From: Chiloscyllium plagiosum
Taxonomy: Eukaryota
Assembly: GCF_004010195.1 (NCBI RefSeq)
Contig: NC_057718.1
Location: forward strand, 14,363,742-14,392,667
DNA: 28,926 nucleotides
Direction of reading: 5' to 3'
This document shows, one piece after another, positions 10,791 to 21,478 of the stretch. Each line of letters starts with the position of its first letter. Within the stretch, counting starts at the first letter, position 1. The translations under genes and the position numbers were made by a program. The notes beneath the pieces were generated by a model. The model had not been told where the DNA came from and made no database searches. It saw only the letters and a program-made list of their open reading frames with translations.

Positions 10791-11789
10791 TCCATGATTC
10801 TCCAACCTATCTTGAAGTTTCTCTTCCCTGGAATTATTCTCGTGAATCTTTTCTGCAGTTTCTCCAATGCCTTCACATCCTTCCTAAAATACAGTGCCCA
10901 GAACTGGGCACAGCTGAGACTGTGACTTATGCACACATTCATCCTGCTCTCCCTACTCCTGCACCCCTTTTAGAATTGTACCCTTTATTTTGTACTGTCT
11001 CTTTATGTTCTTCCAAAATCAATTACTTCACATTTCTCTGTACTGAACCTCACCCTCTGATTGTCCACCAACTCCACCAGCTTGTCAATGCCCTTTCAAA
11101 GTTCTACATTGCCCTCACAGTTCACAATGTTTCTAACTTTTGTGTCAGGAGCAAGCTTTGAGGTTGTGCTGTTTATCCCAAAATTTAGATGGTTAAAATA
11201 TATCGGGAAGAAAAAGATTCCCAAACCCCATCCCAGGGGAGCTCCAGTCCACACCTTCCAAAAACATCCATTAACCATTACTCTCTCTTTCCTACCAGTC
11301 CACCAGTTTTATATTCATGTTACCACTGTCCCTTTTATTCTGTGAGCTGTAAACTTTCTCACAAGTCCGTTGCGTCATGTACGTCACATTCTTGCCCTCG
11401 TCAACCTTTGCGGTTACTTCAGCAGAAAATTTCTTAAAGTATGAATTTCCCGAAGGAAATGCTTGCTAGCTCTCCTTAATTAATCCCTGTTTTGTGCGTG
11501 TGACTATTTCTTGCTTCTCGAAGTATTTACACCACCAGAGTTAAACCGATTCGCCTCGAGTTGCTTGAATTACCTGAACATTCCCTTTTTCAACAAGTTG
11601 GTGCCGTTGCCAATTCTCCGGTCTGCTGGCACTACCCCTGGGTCTGAGGAAGGTTGGAACATTGTGGAACAATCTCCACTCTCACTTCCTTCAGTCACCT
11701 TGGATGCCTCATCAACTCGAAGTATTCAGCACCACACACTTGGGTTCCCATGTGTTCACTTTGCTGTTCATATTTGATCTGGAGCTGTT

Positions 11790-11897
11790 GTTAAAATGAG
11801 CATAGATTTTAAGGGATTCTTGAGAATTAAGAAGGGTACAAACACCAGTATAGACCAGTGTGCTGAATGGCCTGTGTCGTTGCTACACATTTGATGT
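11790..11897 (+). mobile_element. Decayed CR1 3'-end remnant abutting exon acceptor
   Basis: gaccagtgtgctgaatggcctgtgtcgttgctacacatttgatg resembles CR1 3' UTR ends elsewhere in the window (e.g. 9641-9690). Confidence 0.45.
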
Positions 11898-11925
11898 AAC
11901 GCCAGCACTTTTTCTTTCACAAAAG

Positions 11926-12019
11926 GCTGAGGTATGTGCAGGAACCGTAGCAGAAGTTATCCAATCGGTGGTGAACGGTGCCGATGGCTGTGTGTTCTGT
12001 TTCGGACACACCAAACTGG
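11926..12019 (+). CDS. KIF26B: KIF26B internal coding exon, phase 0 to 1
   Basis: Acceptor tttctttcacaaaag|GCT and donor CTGG|gtgagt; 94 nt. Encodes [31 protein letters not shown](G), the first half of the P-loop region, in frame with the previous exon. Confidence 0.95.
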
Positions 12020-12082
12020 GTGAGTACAGGATGCGATTCCGGTACACGATCTTGGGCATGTATAAGCCTGGAGGTGGTATTG

Positions 12083-12650
12083 CTCCCACCAGTCCTACCT
12101 CACCCCCAACTCCCACCACACCGCCATCCCACCCCAACCCACAACCTCATCCCACTCCACTCCTACCTCACCCCCAACTCCCACCACATCCCCTCCCTAA
12201 CCCAACCCACATCCGCATCCCAGCCCCCCAGTCCTATCTCACCACTAACTCCCACCCTACCCCACCACACCCCCATCCCACCTTACCCCAACCCACATCC
12301 CCATCCCACCGCACTTCTACCTCACCCCCAACTCCCACCANNNNNNNNNNNNNNNNNNNNNNNNNNNNNNNNNNNNNNNNNNNNNNNNNNNNNNNNNNNN
12401 NNNNNNNNNNNNNNNNNNNNNNNNNNNNNNNNNNNNNNNNNNNNNNNNNNNNNNNNNNNNNNNNNNNNNNNNNNNNNNNNNNNNNNNNNNNNNNNNNNNN
12501 NNNNNNNNNCCCAACACACACCCTCATCCCACTCGGCTCCACCCCTACCTCACCCCCACTCCAACCCCATACCCACATCATCCTGACCCTAATCACTTCA
12601 CCCCATTTCAACCCCACTCCCACACCCACACCCACCCCATTCCTCCCATC
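12083..12650 (+). repeat. C/A-rich degenerate tandem repeat (about 70-80 bp period) spanning a gap
   Basis: tcctacctcacccccaactcccaccaca is exact at 12093-12120 and 12161-12188, with variants at 12232, 12315 and ~12544. Confidence 0.8.
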
Positions 12651-12760
12651 TGGTTCACTGCTGTCTTTATACAATCTGTCCTACTTGTGACTCCAGACCC
12701 ACAGCAACATGGTTGACTCTTAATTGCTTCTGAAATGCCCCAGTAAACGACTCAGTTGTG
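12650..12760 (+). mobile_element. SINE fragment (Meta-domain-like)
   Basis: tgtgactccagacccacagcaa is the reverse complement of the core at ~24205-24228. The family name is from recalled consensus. Confidence 0.55.
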
Positions 12761-13110
12761 GATATGCAGCATGACAGCAATGCCCATATCAGATGAAAAA
12801 GTACAAAGAAAAAGAAATGGAAAAAGTCATTGAAATTGGTTTCAGAGGCTGTTACTGGTTTACAAAATTCCAAAGTTTGTGAAGGTTACTCTGGAGAAGT
12901 CATCCCAATGTTGAAGGATATTCCCCATTCTCTCTGACCTGTCAGGAGCCTGAGTACCATTTACCACATTTTGAAATGTTAGCTGGATATTAAAGAATCA
13001 AAATGTGGTGATGGTTAAACTCTGAAAGTGGAAATCATGGACCTTCTACACCAAGTGCTTGAAATTCTGTCAACAAGAACCACATGGCACACGTCAGCCA
13101 TTTAAAATGT

Positions 13111-13230
13111 AAACAATAATTCTGCGGATGCTGGAGATCTGAAATAAACACAGAGAGTACCGGAGAGTCCGAGCAGGTCTGGCAACAACTGTAGGAAGAG
13201 AAACAGAATTAATGTTTTGAATCCAATAGG
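13111..13230 (-). mobile_element. Degenerate Penelope-like terminal repeat fragment
   Basis: ctgcggatgctggagatctgaaataaac...agcaggtctggcaac is the reverse complement of the family at 21345-21440. Confidence 0.6.
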
Positions 13231-13410
13231 ACTTTTTTTTGTAAGAGTGATTTGAAAGGCAAAGCTGAGGGATGAGGGAAAATCTCTCTTCTTTCTTCTT
13301 TAAGCCACTATGTCGGGATGTGATCTGTACAGAGTTTAAATCTGATTCAGAAACTGTTGCTGTGTTCCACGCTGTAAGTTGAACTCAAAAGGTTTTATCT
13401 GATGTGACAG

Positions 13411-13673
13411 GAAAGTCATACACCATGATTGGAAAGGATGATTCCATGCAGAATCTTGGTATCATCCCTTGTGCCATCTCCTGGCTCTTCAAACTAATTA
13501 ACGAGAGGAAAGAGAAGACAGGGGCACGGTTCTCAGTCAGAGTCTCTGCCGTGGAAGTCTGGGGGAAGGAGGAAAACCTGAAGGATCTACTGTCTGAGGT
13601 AGCAACGGGCAGTTTGCAGGACGGCCAGTCCCCTGGAGTCTATCTCTGTGAGGACCCCATCTGCGGCATGCAG
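13411..13673 (+). CDS. KIF26B: KIF26B internal coding exon, phase 1 to 0
   Basis: Acceptor gtgacag|GA and donor CAG|gtaata; 263 nt. Encodes (G)[87 protein letters not shown]. Confidence 0.96.
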
Positions 13674-14244
13674 GTAATATGCTTTTTTATGAGGATAAAT
13701 TATATGAACTTGGTTGTTGGAGCCATCCCTAACCTTGTTCAGAGGCCCCAAGTCTTTATTTATGTAGCCTGTCTGTTCTATAAAACTCTTTTCCCCTTCT
13801 AATATTGGAGACATGGGTGGCCTTTCAAGTGCCTGTTCTTTAAGTGGGGGCCTTGTGTTGTCACAATGTCTGAAATGAGTCTTACAGACAAGGCCTCAAT
13901 TGCTACCCACACACCTGGATGTCCCACTAAGGCTCAATCTTTGAATTGGTTGATGATAATGCTTTATTCACACTGCAAGAGAGGACAAGTTCAACTGCAT
14001 AACATTTCCAGCATGAACAGCCCCTGTAGCCATGTTGATACTTACGGTCCACAGACATTTCCTCTCATCCTTCTTCACAACTTTATCAACCCATCCTACT
14101 CCCCCGCCCCTTCCATAGTCTACCCAATGAACGCATTGATGCTTTTCAACTTCCACCTGGGCCGGACTTTCATGGTGGAACAGTGACTCGAGCCATTTTC
14201 TGGAGGATCATTCCCATCTGTGTAGAGCACAGGGGCCGTTTTGT

Positions 14245-14400
14245 TACTCTGGAATTTCCTCCTTAAAGCTCATGGCACCTTGTAAGATGCTCCTTAAAAC
14301 CTGACTCGTATACCTAGAGTTTAGTCACCCATCCTAATGACATATTCTATTGGCCGAGAGTCAAATTGTGTTTGGTGGGCACCACCAAGTCACCGAGAGC
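14245..14400 (+). mobile_element. Decayed L2 LINE 3' end
   Basis: ctctggaatttcctcc (LWNxLP-like)...taagatgctccttaaaacctgactc (FKxLLKTxL-like)...gtcaaattgtgtttg resembles L2 termini. Confidence 0.5.
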
Positions 14401-14508
14401 CCTGACCATGGGAAATGTCATCTGTAAATGTTTTTGTTAGCCGCGGTTTGAAGCTGGTTTCCATTCTGCCATTGTGTGTTGGTCTGTGTTCATTTTATCT
14501 CTCGGCAG

Positions 14509-14692
14509 CTTCAGAACCAGAGCGAGCTCCGTGCGCCAACGGCGGACAAAGCTGCCTTCTTCTTGGACGCTGCTATCGCTGCACGACGGAGCAGCCGGCC
14601 CGAGTGTGATGAGGAGGACCAGAGGAACTCCCACATGCTGTTCACTTTGCACATCTACCAGTACCGCATGGAGAAGAGTGGCAAGGGGGGAA
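14509..14692 (+). CDS. KIF26B: KIF26B internal coding exon, phase 0 to 1
   Basis: Acceptor ttttatctctcggcag|CTT and donor GGAA|gtaagc; 184 nt. Encodes [61 protein letters not shown] (switch I region). Confidence 0.95.
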
Positions 14693-15043
14693 GTAAGCTC
14701 CTTTCTCATCCCGTCCCATGCCCCTCCTGAAGGCAATGGCCCTTGATTAGTTCCAGCGAGGTGTTGGCACTGCACCCTGATGCAGTTCCCCACCCGTGCT
14801 CCCAGCCTTTACCTGGGCCCTGAAAGCTGGCCTCTGTGGCTGGGATTGTCAGTTGTTTGGGGGGGTGCTTGGATGCCTGCTGAAGGTGGCACTGCCCAAT
14901 GGCCGTTCAGTGTCCCAGTGCTCACAGGACTGCCCTGAAATTTACAGCATGAGGGGAAGGGAGTCGGGAACATGCTTGTTTCCAGCTGATGATCCTTGAG
15001 GAGCTTGCCCCTTGAGGAATTTGGCCAGAGGGTGACTTTCGAT

Positions 15044-15358
15044 GGCGTGGTGGCACAGTGGTTAGCACTGCTGCCTCACAGCGCCAGGGACCCAGGTTCA
15101 ATACCCACCTCGAGCAACTGTCTGTGTGGAGTTTGCACATTCTCCCCGTGTCTGCGTGGGTTTCCTCCGGGTGCTCCAGCTTCCTCCCACGCACCAAAGA
15201 TGTGCAGATCAGGTGAATTGGCCATGCTAAATTGCCCATAGTGTTAGGAGCATTAGTCAGAGGGAAATGGATCTGGGTGGGTTACTCTTTGGAGGATCGG
15301 TGTGGACTGGTTGGGCCGAAGGGCCTGTTTCCATACTGTAGGGAATCTAATCTAATCT
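15044..15358 (+). mobile_element. Full-length tRNA-derived SINE (HE1-like)
   Basis: A box tggcacagtgg, B box ggttcaatacc, central core, and a CR1-like tail gggccgaagggcctgtttcc...(aatct)3. Confidence 0.92.
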
Positions 15359-15414
15359 GCGAAGCACCAATCCTGAACAGCCTGGTGTACGAAGCTGGCT
15401 GAGTCAAGTGAGGT

Positions 15415-15497
15415 GTTAGGCCACAGATCAGCCATGATCTCATTGAATGGCAGTATACGCTCGAGGGGCTGAATGGCCTACTCCTCCTCCTAGATTC
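15415..15497 (+). mobile_element. CR1 3' UTR fragment
   Basis: atcagccatgatctcattgaatggc...ctcgaggggctgaatggcctactcct parallels 25077-25135. Confidence 0.7.
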
Positions 15498-15629
15498 CTT
15501 TGTCCAACATTCACAGCTTTCTGTCAGTTGCCGTCCCTCTCCATTTTAAAGCTGACTAGACAACGTCGAGCCGATTTATCTGTCTGTAGCCAGTGCCACT
15601 GAGGCTAACCTTTGCACTCTTACTGATTT

Positions 15630-15766
15630 AAAAGTTAAAAATCACACAACACCAGGTTACAGTCCAACAGGTTTATCTGGAAGCACTAGCTTTCGGAGCG
15701 CCGACAACCACCTGATGAAGGAGCAACTTTGTACACCGCAGTCCAACTCCGGCATCTCCAAATCAT
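15630..15766. mobile_element. Internally deleted Penelope-like derivative (second family)
   Basis: Contains CTGATGAAggagc on + (15712-15724) and gctccGAAAgctag on - (15686-15699), i.e. the two halves of a hammerhead-like core on opposite strands. Confidence 0.6.
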
Positions 15767-16220
15767 GATGTAAAATCAGTGAGCTCGCACTGTGATGCTG
15801 CTGATTAGTTCTTTGTTATGTTTATGCCAAATCCCCCTGTTTCCAGTTGGAACAATCATTCAGACAGTGGATGGGAGACTTGTCCTTCAGGTTATTAACA
15901 TTGCCAGAGCCACTCCAAGGGCCGGTGCAGTTGTGCAAGGTGGGCCTGAGAGAGATTGTAGTTGGCAATCACTGAGATTTTGAAGGCAGCTCTCTACAAA
16001 CAGCACTAGCTTGTTTAGGAAGAGCTGTAGAAAGAAAAGGCTGTATATTTCAGGATGGATTAACTGCACTCTGCTCTAAACAACTACAGGCTGGTAACAG
16101 GGTGAAGCTATGCTGAAATGTCTGATCAGCATTCAAGGGGCTTAAACAGGAGCCGCTCTTTCAGGTGGGTTTTAATGGCCATTGACTGATCTGAGCTCTT
16201 TTATCCTCTTCTGTTGACAG

Positions 16221-16380
16221 TGTCAGGAGGTCGCAGCCGCTTACACCTCATTGACTTGGGCAGTTGTGTAAAAGTGCTGAGCAAAAGTCGCGAGGGGGGC
16301 TCAGGCCTCTGTCTGTCCCTGTCTGCACTGGGGAATGTCATCCTGGCTCTCGTCAATGGCACCAAGCATATTCCGTACAA
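16221..16380 (+). CDS. KIF26B: KIF26B internal coding exon, phase 1 to 2
   Basis: Acceptor tcctcttctgttgacag|TG and donor TACAA|gtaagc; 160 nt. Manual translation gives (M)[52 protein letters not shown](K) (switch II region). This frame is absent from the ORF track. Confidence 0.94.
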
Positions 16381-16509
16381 GTAAGCTGTCTCTTTACATC
16401 ACTGACTGTGAACATGAGTGTGTCTAACTGGGAGGTTTCCCTGTGTCTGTGTGTCTTTGCACATGAGAAGTGTCTGCATATATGTAGGACTGTGTCTGTG
16501 TCAGTGTGT

Positions 16510-19158
16510 GTCTGTATGTTTGTGTGTAGTTGTCCATTCTGACTTATGTTTGTGTACAGTTCTGTCCATTCTGTCTGTTATGTTTGTGTGTAGTTCTGTC
16601 CATTCTGACTGTTAGGTTTGGGTGTAGTTCAATCCATACTGTCTGTTATGTTTGTGTGTAGTTCTGTCCATTCTGACTGTTATGTTTGTGTGTAGTTCAG
16701 TCCATTCTGACTGTTAGGTTTGTGTGTAGTTCTGTCCATTCTGACTGTTATGTTTCTGTGTAGTTCAATCCATACTGTCTGTTATGTTTGTGTGTAGTTC
16801 TGTCCATTCTGACTGTTATGTTTGTGTGTAGTTCAATCCATACTGTCTGTTATGTTTGTGTGTAGTTCTGTCCATTCTGACTGTTATGTTTGTGTGTAGT
16901 TCTGTCCATTCTGACTGTTATGTTTGTGTGTAGTTCAATCCATACTGTCTGTTATGTTTGTGTGCAGTTCTGTCCATTCTGACTGTTATGTTTGTAGTTC
17001 AGTCCATTCTGACTGTTATGTTTGTGTGTAGTTCAGTCCATTCTGACTGTTATGTTTGTGTGCAGTTCTGTCCATTCTGACTGTTATGTTTGTGTGTAGT
17101 TCAGTCCATTCTGTGTGCAGTTCTGTCCATTCTGACTGTTATGTTTGTGTGTAGTTCAGTCCATTCTGACTGTTATGTTTATGTGTAGTTCAGTCCATTC
17201 TGACTGTTGTTTGTGTGTAGTTCAGTCCATTCTGACTGTTATGTTTGTGTGTTCAGTCCATTCTGACTGTTATGTTTGTGTGCAGTTCAGTCCATACTGT
17301 CTGTTATGTTTGTGTGTAGTTCAGTCCATTCTGACTGTTATGTTTGTGTGTAGTTCAGTCCATTCTGTCTGTTATGTTTGTGTGTAGTTCTGTCCATTCT
17401 GACTGTTATGTATGTGTGTAGTTCAATCCATATTGTCTGTTATGTTTGTGTGCAGTTCAGTCCATTCTGACTGTTATGTTTGTGTGCAGTTCAGTCCATA
17501 CCGTCTGTTATGTTTGTGTGCAGTTCAGTCCATACCGTCTGTTATGTTTGTGTGCAGTTCAGTCCATACCGTCTGTTATGTTTGTGTGCAGTTCAGTCCA
17601 TACCGTCTGTTATGTTTGTGTGCAGTTCAGTCCATACCGTCTGTTATGTTTGTGTGCAGTTCAGTCCATTCTGACTGTTATGTTTGTGTGCAGTTCAGTC
17701 CATTCTGACTGTTATGTTTGTGTGCAGTTCAGTCCATTCTGACTGTTATGTTTGTGTGCAGTTCAGTCCATTCTGACTGTTATGTTTGTGTGCAGTTCAG
17801 TCCATTCTGACTGTTATGTTTGTGTGCAGTTCAGTCCATTCTGACTGTTATGTTTGTGTGCAGTTCAGTCCATTCTGACTGTTATGTTTGTGTGCAGTTC
17901 AGTCCATACCGTCTGTTATGTTTGTGTGCAGTTCAGTCCATTCTGNNNNNNNNNNNNNNNNNNNNNNNNNNNNNNNNNNNNNNNNNNNNNNNNNNNNNNN
18001 NNNNNNNNNNNNNNNNNNNNNNNNNNNNNNNNNNNNNNNNNNNNNNNNNNNNNNNNNNNNNNNNNNNNNNNNNNNNNNNNNNNNNNNNNNNNNNNNNNNN
18101 NNNNNNNNNNNNNNNNNNNNNNNNNNNNNNNNNNNNNNNNNNNNNNNNNNNNNNNNNNNNNNNNNNNNNNNNNNNNNNNNNNNNNNNNNNNNNNNNNNNN
18201 NNNNNNNNNNNNNNNNNNNNNNNNNNNNNNNNNNNNNNNNNNNNNNNNNNNNNNNNNNNNNNNNNNNNNNNNNNNNNNNNNNNNNNNNNNNNNNNNNNNN
18301 NNNNNNNNNNNNNNNNNNNNNNNNNNNNNNNNNNNNNNNNNNNNNNNNNNNNNNNNNNNNNNNNNNNNNNNNNNNNNNNNNNNNNNNNNNNNNNNNNNNN
18401 NNNNNNNNNNNNNNNNNNNNNNNNNNNNNNNNNNNNNNNNNNNNNNNNNNNNNNNNNNNNNNNNNNNNNNNNNNNNNNNNNNNNNNNNNNNNNNNNNNNN
18501 NNNNNNNNNNNNNNNNNNNNNNNNNNNNNNNNNNNNNNNNNNNNNNNNNNNNNNNNNNNNNNNNNNNNNNNNNNNNNNNNNNNNNNNNNNNNNNNAGTTC
18601 AGTCCATTCTGACTGTTATGTTTGTGTGTAGTTCAGTCCATTCTGACTGTTATGTTTGTGTGTAGTTCAGTCCATTCTGACTGTTATGTTTGTGTGTAGT
18701 TCAGTCCATTCTGACTGTTATGTTTGTGTGTAGTTCAGTCCATTCTGACTGTTATGTTTGTGTGTAGTTCAGTCCATTCTGACTGTTATGTTTGTGTGTA
18801 GTTCAGTCCATTCTGACTGTTATGTTTGTGTGTAGTTCAGTCCATTCTGACTGTTATGTTTGTGTGTAGTTCAGTCCATTCTGACTGTTATGTTTGTGTG
18901 TAGTTCAGTCCATTCTGACTGTTATGTTTGTGTGTAGTTCAGTCCATTCTGACTGTTATGTTTGTGTGTAGTTCAGTCCATTCTGACTGTTATGTTTGTG
19001 TGTAGTTCAGTCCATTCTGACTGTTATGTTTGTGTGTAGTTCAGTCCATTCTGTCTGTTATATTTGTGTGCAGTTCAGTCCATTCTGACTGTTATGTTTG
19101 TGTGTAGTTCAGTCCATTCTGACTGTTATGTTTGTGTGTAGTTCAGGCCATACTGTCA
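16510..19158 (+). repeat. 34-bp minisatellite (unit gttcagtccattctgactgttatgtttgtgtgta), with a 650-N gap
   Basis: Dozens of head-to-tail units are directly visible, and units are near-identical after the gap. Confidence 0.97.
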
Positions 19159-19179
19159 GCTCCTGATATTTGAATCATG

Positions 19180-20400
19180 GTGTCTCACCTGGTACCATTC
19201 TCCTGCTGTCTCTCCATAGCAATGAAAATGTTTCCTTTTCAGATCACAATCCAATTCCCTTTTGAAACCCTTGTTGGAACCTGTCTCCACCATACTGGCA
19301 GACAATGCATTCCCCTCCCTTACCACTTACTGCCTGAGAAAGTTCTTCCTCATGTAGTTTCTGTTTCTTTTACTAATTATTTTAAATCTGTTCTCAAATT
19401 TTACATGATCAGGATTGTTTTTCTCCTAACTTACTCTGTGTAGAACTCTCTTAATATTAAATATTTCAATCAAATCTCTCAACCTTCTCTTCTCCAATCT
19501 ATCCTCATTCCTAATATTCCTCATTCCTGGAACATTCTTGTATACCTCTTATCCACTCTCTCTGAAGCATTCACATCCTTCCTGAAATATAGTGGCCAGA
19601 AATGATGAGTCCAGCTGAGGCTAAACTTGTGCCTCCTGTAGGTTTAATATCACATTGTTGCTCCTGTGCCGTGCCCCTATTATTAAAGCTATATGCTTTA
19701 CTCACCATTCTCTCCCTCTGTCTTGCCAGCTATCATCACCCCCTTTAGGGTTGTGTCCCATATTTTGTATTGTCTGTCCATGTTCTTCCTACCAAAATGT
19801 ATCACTCACATTTCTCCACATGGAACTTCATCTGCCATCTGTCCACCCACTCCAACCTATCAATGTCCTTTTGAAGTTCTGCACTGTCCTCCGTTTAAAA
19901 TGCTTCTGAATTTTATATCATCTTAATGTTTGAGATGTGGTTATTTGAAAAGGAGCAATGTGCAGGGTAATGAGGAGATGCTCCTTCAGAGAGCTGGTGC
20001 AGACCCAATGGGCCAAATGGCCTCCTTCTGCACTATAACCATTTTGAGATTCTGTGACACCGTGATGTGTCCTCTCTGTCACCTCATCCAAAAACTCCAG
20101 AAAGTTAGTGAAACATCATTTTAATTTAATCAATCCAAGCTTAATCTGCATTTATGCATGTGACTACTCATTTTGCCCCAAATTATTATTTCTACAAGTT
20201 TCACGACCACCAAAGTTAACCTGGTCCATAATATCTCATCCTTACATCCTTTTTTGAACAAGGGCATGATGTTAATTCTGTTTAGCTCTGGCACCACCCC
20301 AAGCCTAAGGAAGACTGAAGAAGTATTGTCACTATCTCTACAATTTCCATTTTCACGTTCCACGGTATCTTTGGATGCATCTCCTAGCGCCTTCAAGTTG
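19180..20400 (-). mobile_element. Old decayed CR1 LINE
   Basis: Colinear with 9960-11710 (e.g. ttcacatccttcctgaaata vs ttcacatccttcctaaaata). Minus-strand NIMPLFKKG...LTLVVVKLVEIII resembles RT domain 1-2. A + strand CR1 tail lies within it at ~19935-20055. Confidence 0.65.
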
Positions 20401-20489
20401 TAAACAGTCTCTACAGTGTGACCTCCTTATGAATTTTCAACTCACCTAGTGACTGAGTTGCATGATAATTTATCGTGTCCATGATTCTG

Positions 20490-20735
20490 CGTCTGTGAGC
20501 AAATCTGTGTGTACATTTGTGTGGTTGTGTAAATGGATGGACATATATCTGTGTGTGTCACTTTGTATGTATATCAATGTATAGTTGTGTATGTATGTCA
20601 GTGTTTGACAGTGTATGGCTTTATACAGTATATGTGTCTGAGTGTGTCATTGTATGGCTCATTGTGGGTATGTTTGTGCATCAGTGTGTAGCTTTATGAC
20701 TGTGTGTATAGATTTGTTTACATTTGTATGTGCTT
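20490..20735 (+). repeat. TG-rich low-complexity region
   Basis: Degenerate (tg)n/(tgta)n composition. Confidence 0.7.
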
Positions 20736-21314
20736 ATCTATATTTTTCAAGGGAGCTCTGTGTGGAAATAAAGTAGACCGGTCTGAGTAAAATAACAAGA
20801 CCTTGGGGAATGGGATTGGAGTGGAGATTTTCCTGTGGCCTGAGAACTGTAAAGTTAGGCAGTTTAACAATGAATGCCCTTCCTCGCATCAACTCAGGCT
20901 CCATTTGAGAATAAGCACAGCTCACACAAGTCTGCATGTCCTTTAACTGCATCTGAAAGGAATAACCTTAAGAAATAATTCCCTCTAACTATCCTCCAGG
21001 CTCCTTTAGAAATCGAGTCCATTCAATGATGTGACTGAAGTACCAGTAAGTGATTCTTTCACAAACAATGATTAATGATGCAGGGTGATGATGACTTCAC
21101 TCTGACTGCAGTCTCCCGTTAATAGTGATTCCTTATCTCTCCTTGATGCCGGCAATTCAAAGCTTCCCAGTTCTGCCAGTGAGCTTGCACAAAGGTTGCT
21201 GCCCATCTGGAAGGTCAGTTGTTGACAGCAAATCAACTGGGGAGATCTTCACATCACAGCCTGTTTATCCCCTCACCATGCACCACACCCAACCAGCACC
21301 ATCACTGCCACCAG

Positions 21315-21445
21315 TTCTGAGGAAGGGTCACTGGACCTGAAACATTATCTCCTGATTTCTCCCAAAAGATGCTGCCAGACCTGCTGAGCTTTTCCAGCAA
21401 CTTCTGTTTTTATTTCTGATTTACAGCATCCACAGTTCTTCCAGT
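21315..21445 (+). mobile_element. Penelope-like terminal repeat fragment (third variant)
   Basis: CTGAGGAAgggtc-actg-gacctGAAAC followed by gatgctgccagacctgctgagcttttccagca, which is shared with the other PLE termini. Confidence 0.7.
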
Positions 21446-21478
21446 TTTTACCTGGCCTCTGAATGGTTGATGTACAGA

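Larger units (their letters stand above)
9960..11710 (-). mobile_element. Old decayed CR1 LINE, interrupted by a SINE and a fold-back PLE
   Basis: Minus-strand CAQFWALYFRKDVKALEKLQKRFTRIIPG (10820-10915), a CR1 3' end-like aggaggccatttggccc at ~9972, and colinear similarity with 19180-20400. Boundaries are approximate. Confidence 0.65.

Noticed and set aside
11860..12690. 276-aa proline-rich ORF
   Set aside because: Only 11926-12019 is exonic. The rest is read-through past a canonical donor into C-rich low-complexity sequence and Ns.
8281..16380. Assignment as KIF26A or as a pseudogene
   Set aside because: Residues such as [48 protein letters not shown] and [18 protein letters not shown] fit recalled KIF26B better. 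All exons are stop-free with compatible phases.
17145..18665. Long Cys/Val-rich repeat ORFs
   Set aside because: They are translations of the minisatellite plus the N gap, and a 34-bp period does not keep a reading frame.
16510..19158. CRISPR-like array (34-bp repeat)
   Set aside because: Units are head-to-tail with no unique spacers, there are no cas genes, and the context is a eukaryotic intron. It is a minisatellite.
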